Shown: piece after piece, positions 63,478-64,000 of the stretch | Numbering within the stretch: position 1 is the first letter of the stretch | How the letters are laid out: the number at the start of each line of letters is the position of its first letter | Source of the DNA: Gaiellaceae bacterium | GTDB taxonomy: Bacteria; Actinomycetota; Thermoleophilia; Gaiellales; Gaiellaceae | NCBI GenBank assembly: GCA_040902725.1 | Contig: JBBDWU010000045.1 | Location: 3,341 to 67,340 of the forward strand | Direction: 5' to 3' | Length of the DNA stretch: 64,000 nt | Notes under the pieces: model-generated | Databases searched by the model: none | What the model saw: only the letters and a program-made list of their open reading frames with translations | Told to the model about the DNA's origin: nothing | Program-made: the position numbers and the translations under genes

Positions 63478-64000
63478 GACGGGTCGCTGAACCAGAAGAA
63501 GCCCACGGTCCCCGGGCCGGCGTGGGTGCCGATGACGGCTCCGAGGCTCGTCGACAGCTCGATCTCCGCCTGCGGGCGCTCGTCGCGCACCATCTTCGCC
63601 AGCGCCTCGGCGCGCTCGGGCGCGTCCGCGTGCGCGATCCCGACGCGCAGCCCGGGCTCGTCCGCGCTCCCGTCCCGGAATGCGCGCACGAACTCCTGGA
63701 ACGCCTTCTGGTTGCCGCGGACGCGCTTCACGGGCACGACCTCGCCGTCGGTGATCGTCAGGATCGGCTTCACGTTCAGCATCTGGCCGGCGAAGGCGCG
63801 GGCGCGCCCGATGCGGCCTCCGCGCGCGAGGAACTCGAGCGTGTCGACGGTGAAGAGCAGCTTCGCGTCGCGCTGGTAGCGGGCCACCAGCGCGTCGAGC
63901 TCCTCGTCCGTCGTTCCCTGCTCGAGGCGGCGCTGGACGGCAAGGCCTAGCATCGCGATCGCGGCGGAGGCCGTGTCCGAATCGACGATCCGAATGTGAT
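63474..64000 (-). CDS. DegV-family fatty-acid-binding protein, C-terminal part (the 5' end lies beyond the window)
   Basis: ..IRIVDSDTASAAIAMLGLAV..LFTVDTLEFLARGGRIG..KPILTI.DGEV.PV.RVRG..KA. The frame stays open upstream of the track start at 63953, up to position 64000. Confidence 0.85.
   Translation of the reverse strand, partial: HIRIVDSDTASAAIAMLGLAVQRRLEQGTTDEELDALVARYQRDAKLLFTVDTLEFLARGGRIGRARAFAGQMLNVKPILTITDGEVVPVKRVRGNQKAFQEFVRAFRDGSADEPGLRVGIAHADAPERAEALAKMVRDERPQAEIELSTSLGAVIGTHAGPGTVGFFWFSDPS

Overview
This is a high-GC, actinobacterium-like chromosomal segment; any Thermoleophilia/Rubrobacteria-type placement is inference from gene order and protein families only. I can support about 70 protein genes, 2 tRNAs (initiator Met, Leu-TAA), one TPP riboswitch, a few hairpin terminators and one small repeat-bounded intergenic element. 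I saw no rRNA, CRISPR array, integrase or transposase.

The backbone is housekeeping:
- ffh-rpsP-KH-rimM-trmD-lepB-rplS-rnhB-yraN, then comM-dprA
- ftsY / smc-rnc-acpP-plsX-rpmF-yceD
- coaD-rsmD-recG
- addB-addA-nth
- pntAA-pntAB-pntB, thiE / thiOSG, gdh, trxB, and an NAD-dependent formate dehydrogenase

The most unusual content is four cyclase-headed STAND/AAA-TPR ATPases, each in a different small gene context:
- a head-to-head pair around a vapBC-like cassette
- one behind a stand-alone HD-GYP
- one flanked by two dodecin-fold mini-proteins

Other items worth a second look:
- an eRF1/Vms1-like protein
- a type IB topoisomerase next to an Lsr2-like mini-protein
- an orphan DNA methyltransferase coupled to yraN
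- a half-length Smc
- an RNase III gene with no canonical start codon
- two frameshifted genes
- a 24-nt duplication of the smc 3' end bounding a 205-nt element
- a recurrent TANNNT-to-start-codon spacing that suggests leaderless mRNAs

All start codons were chosen by eye. Family assignments come from motif recognition, not searches.
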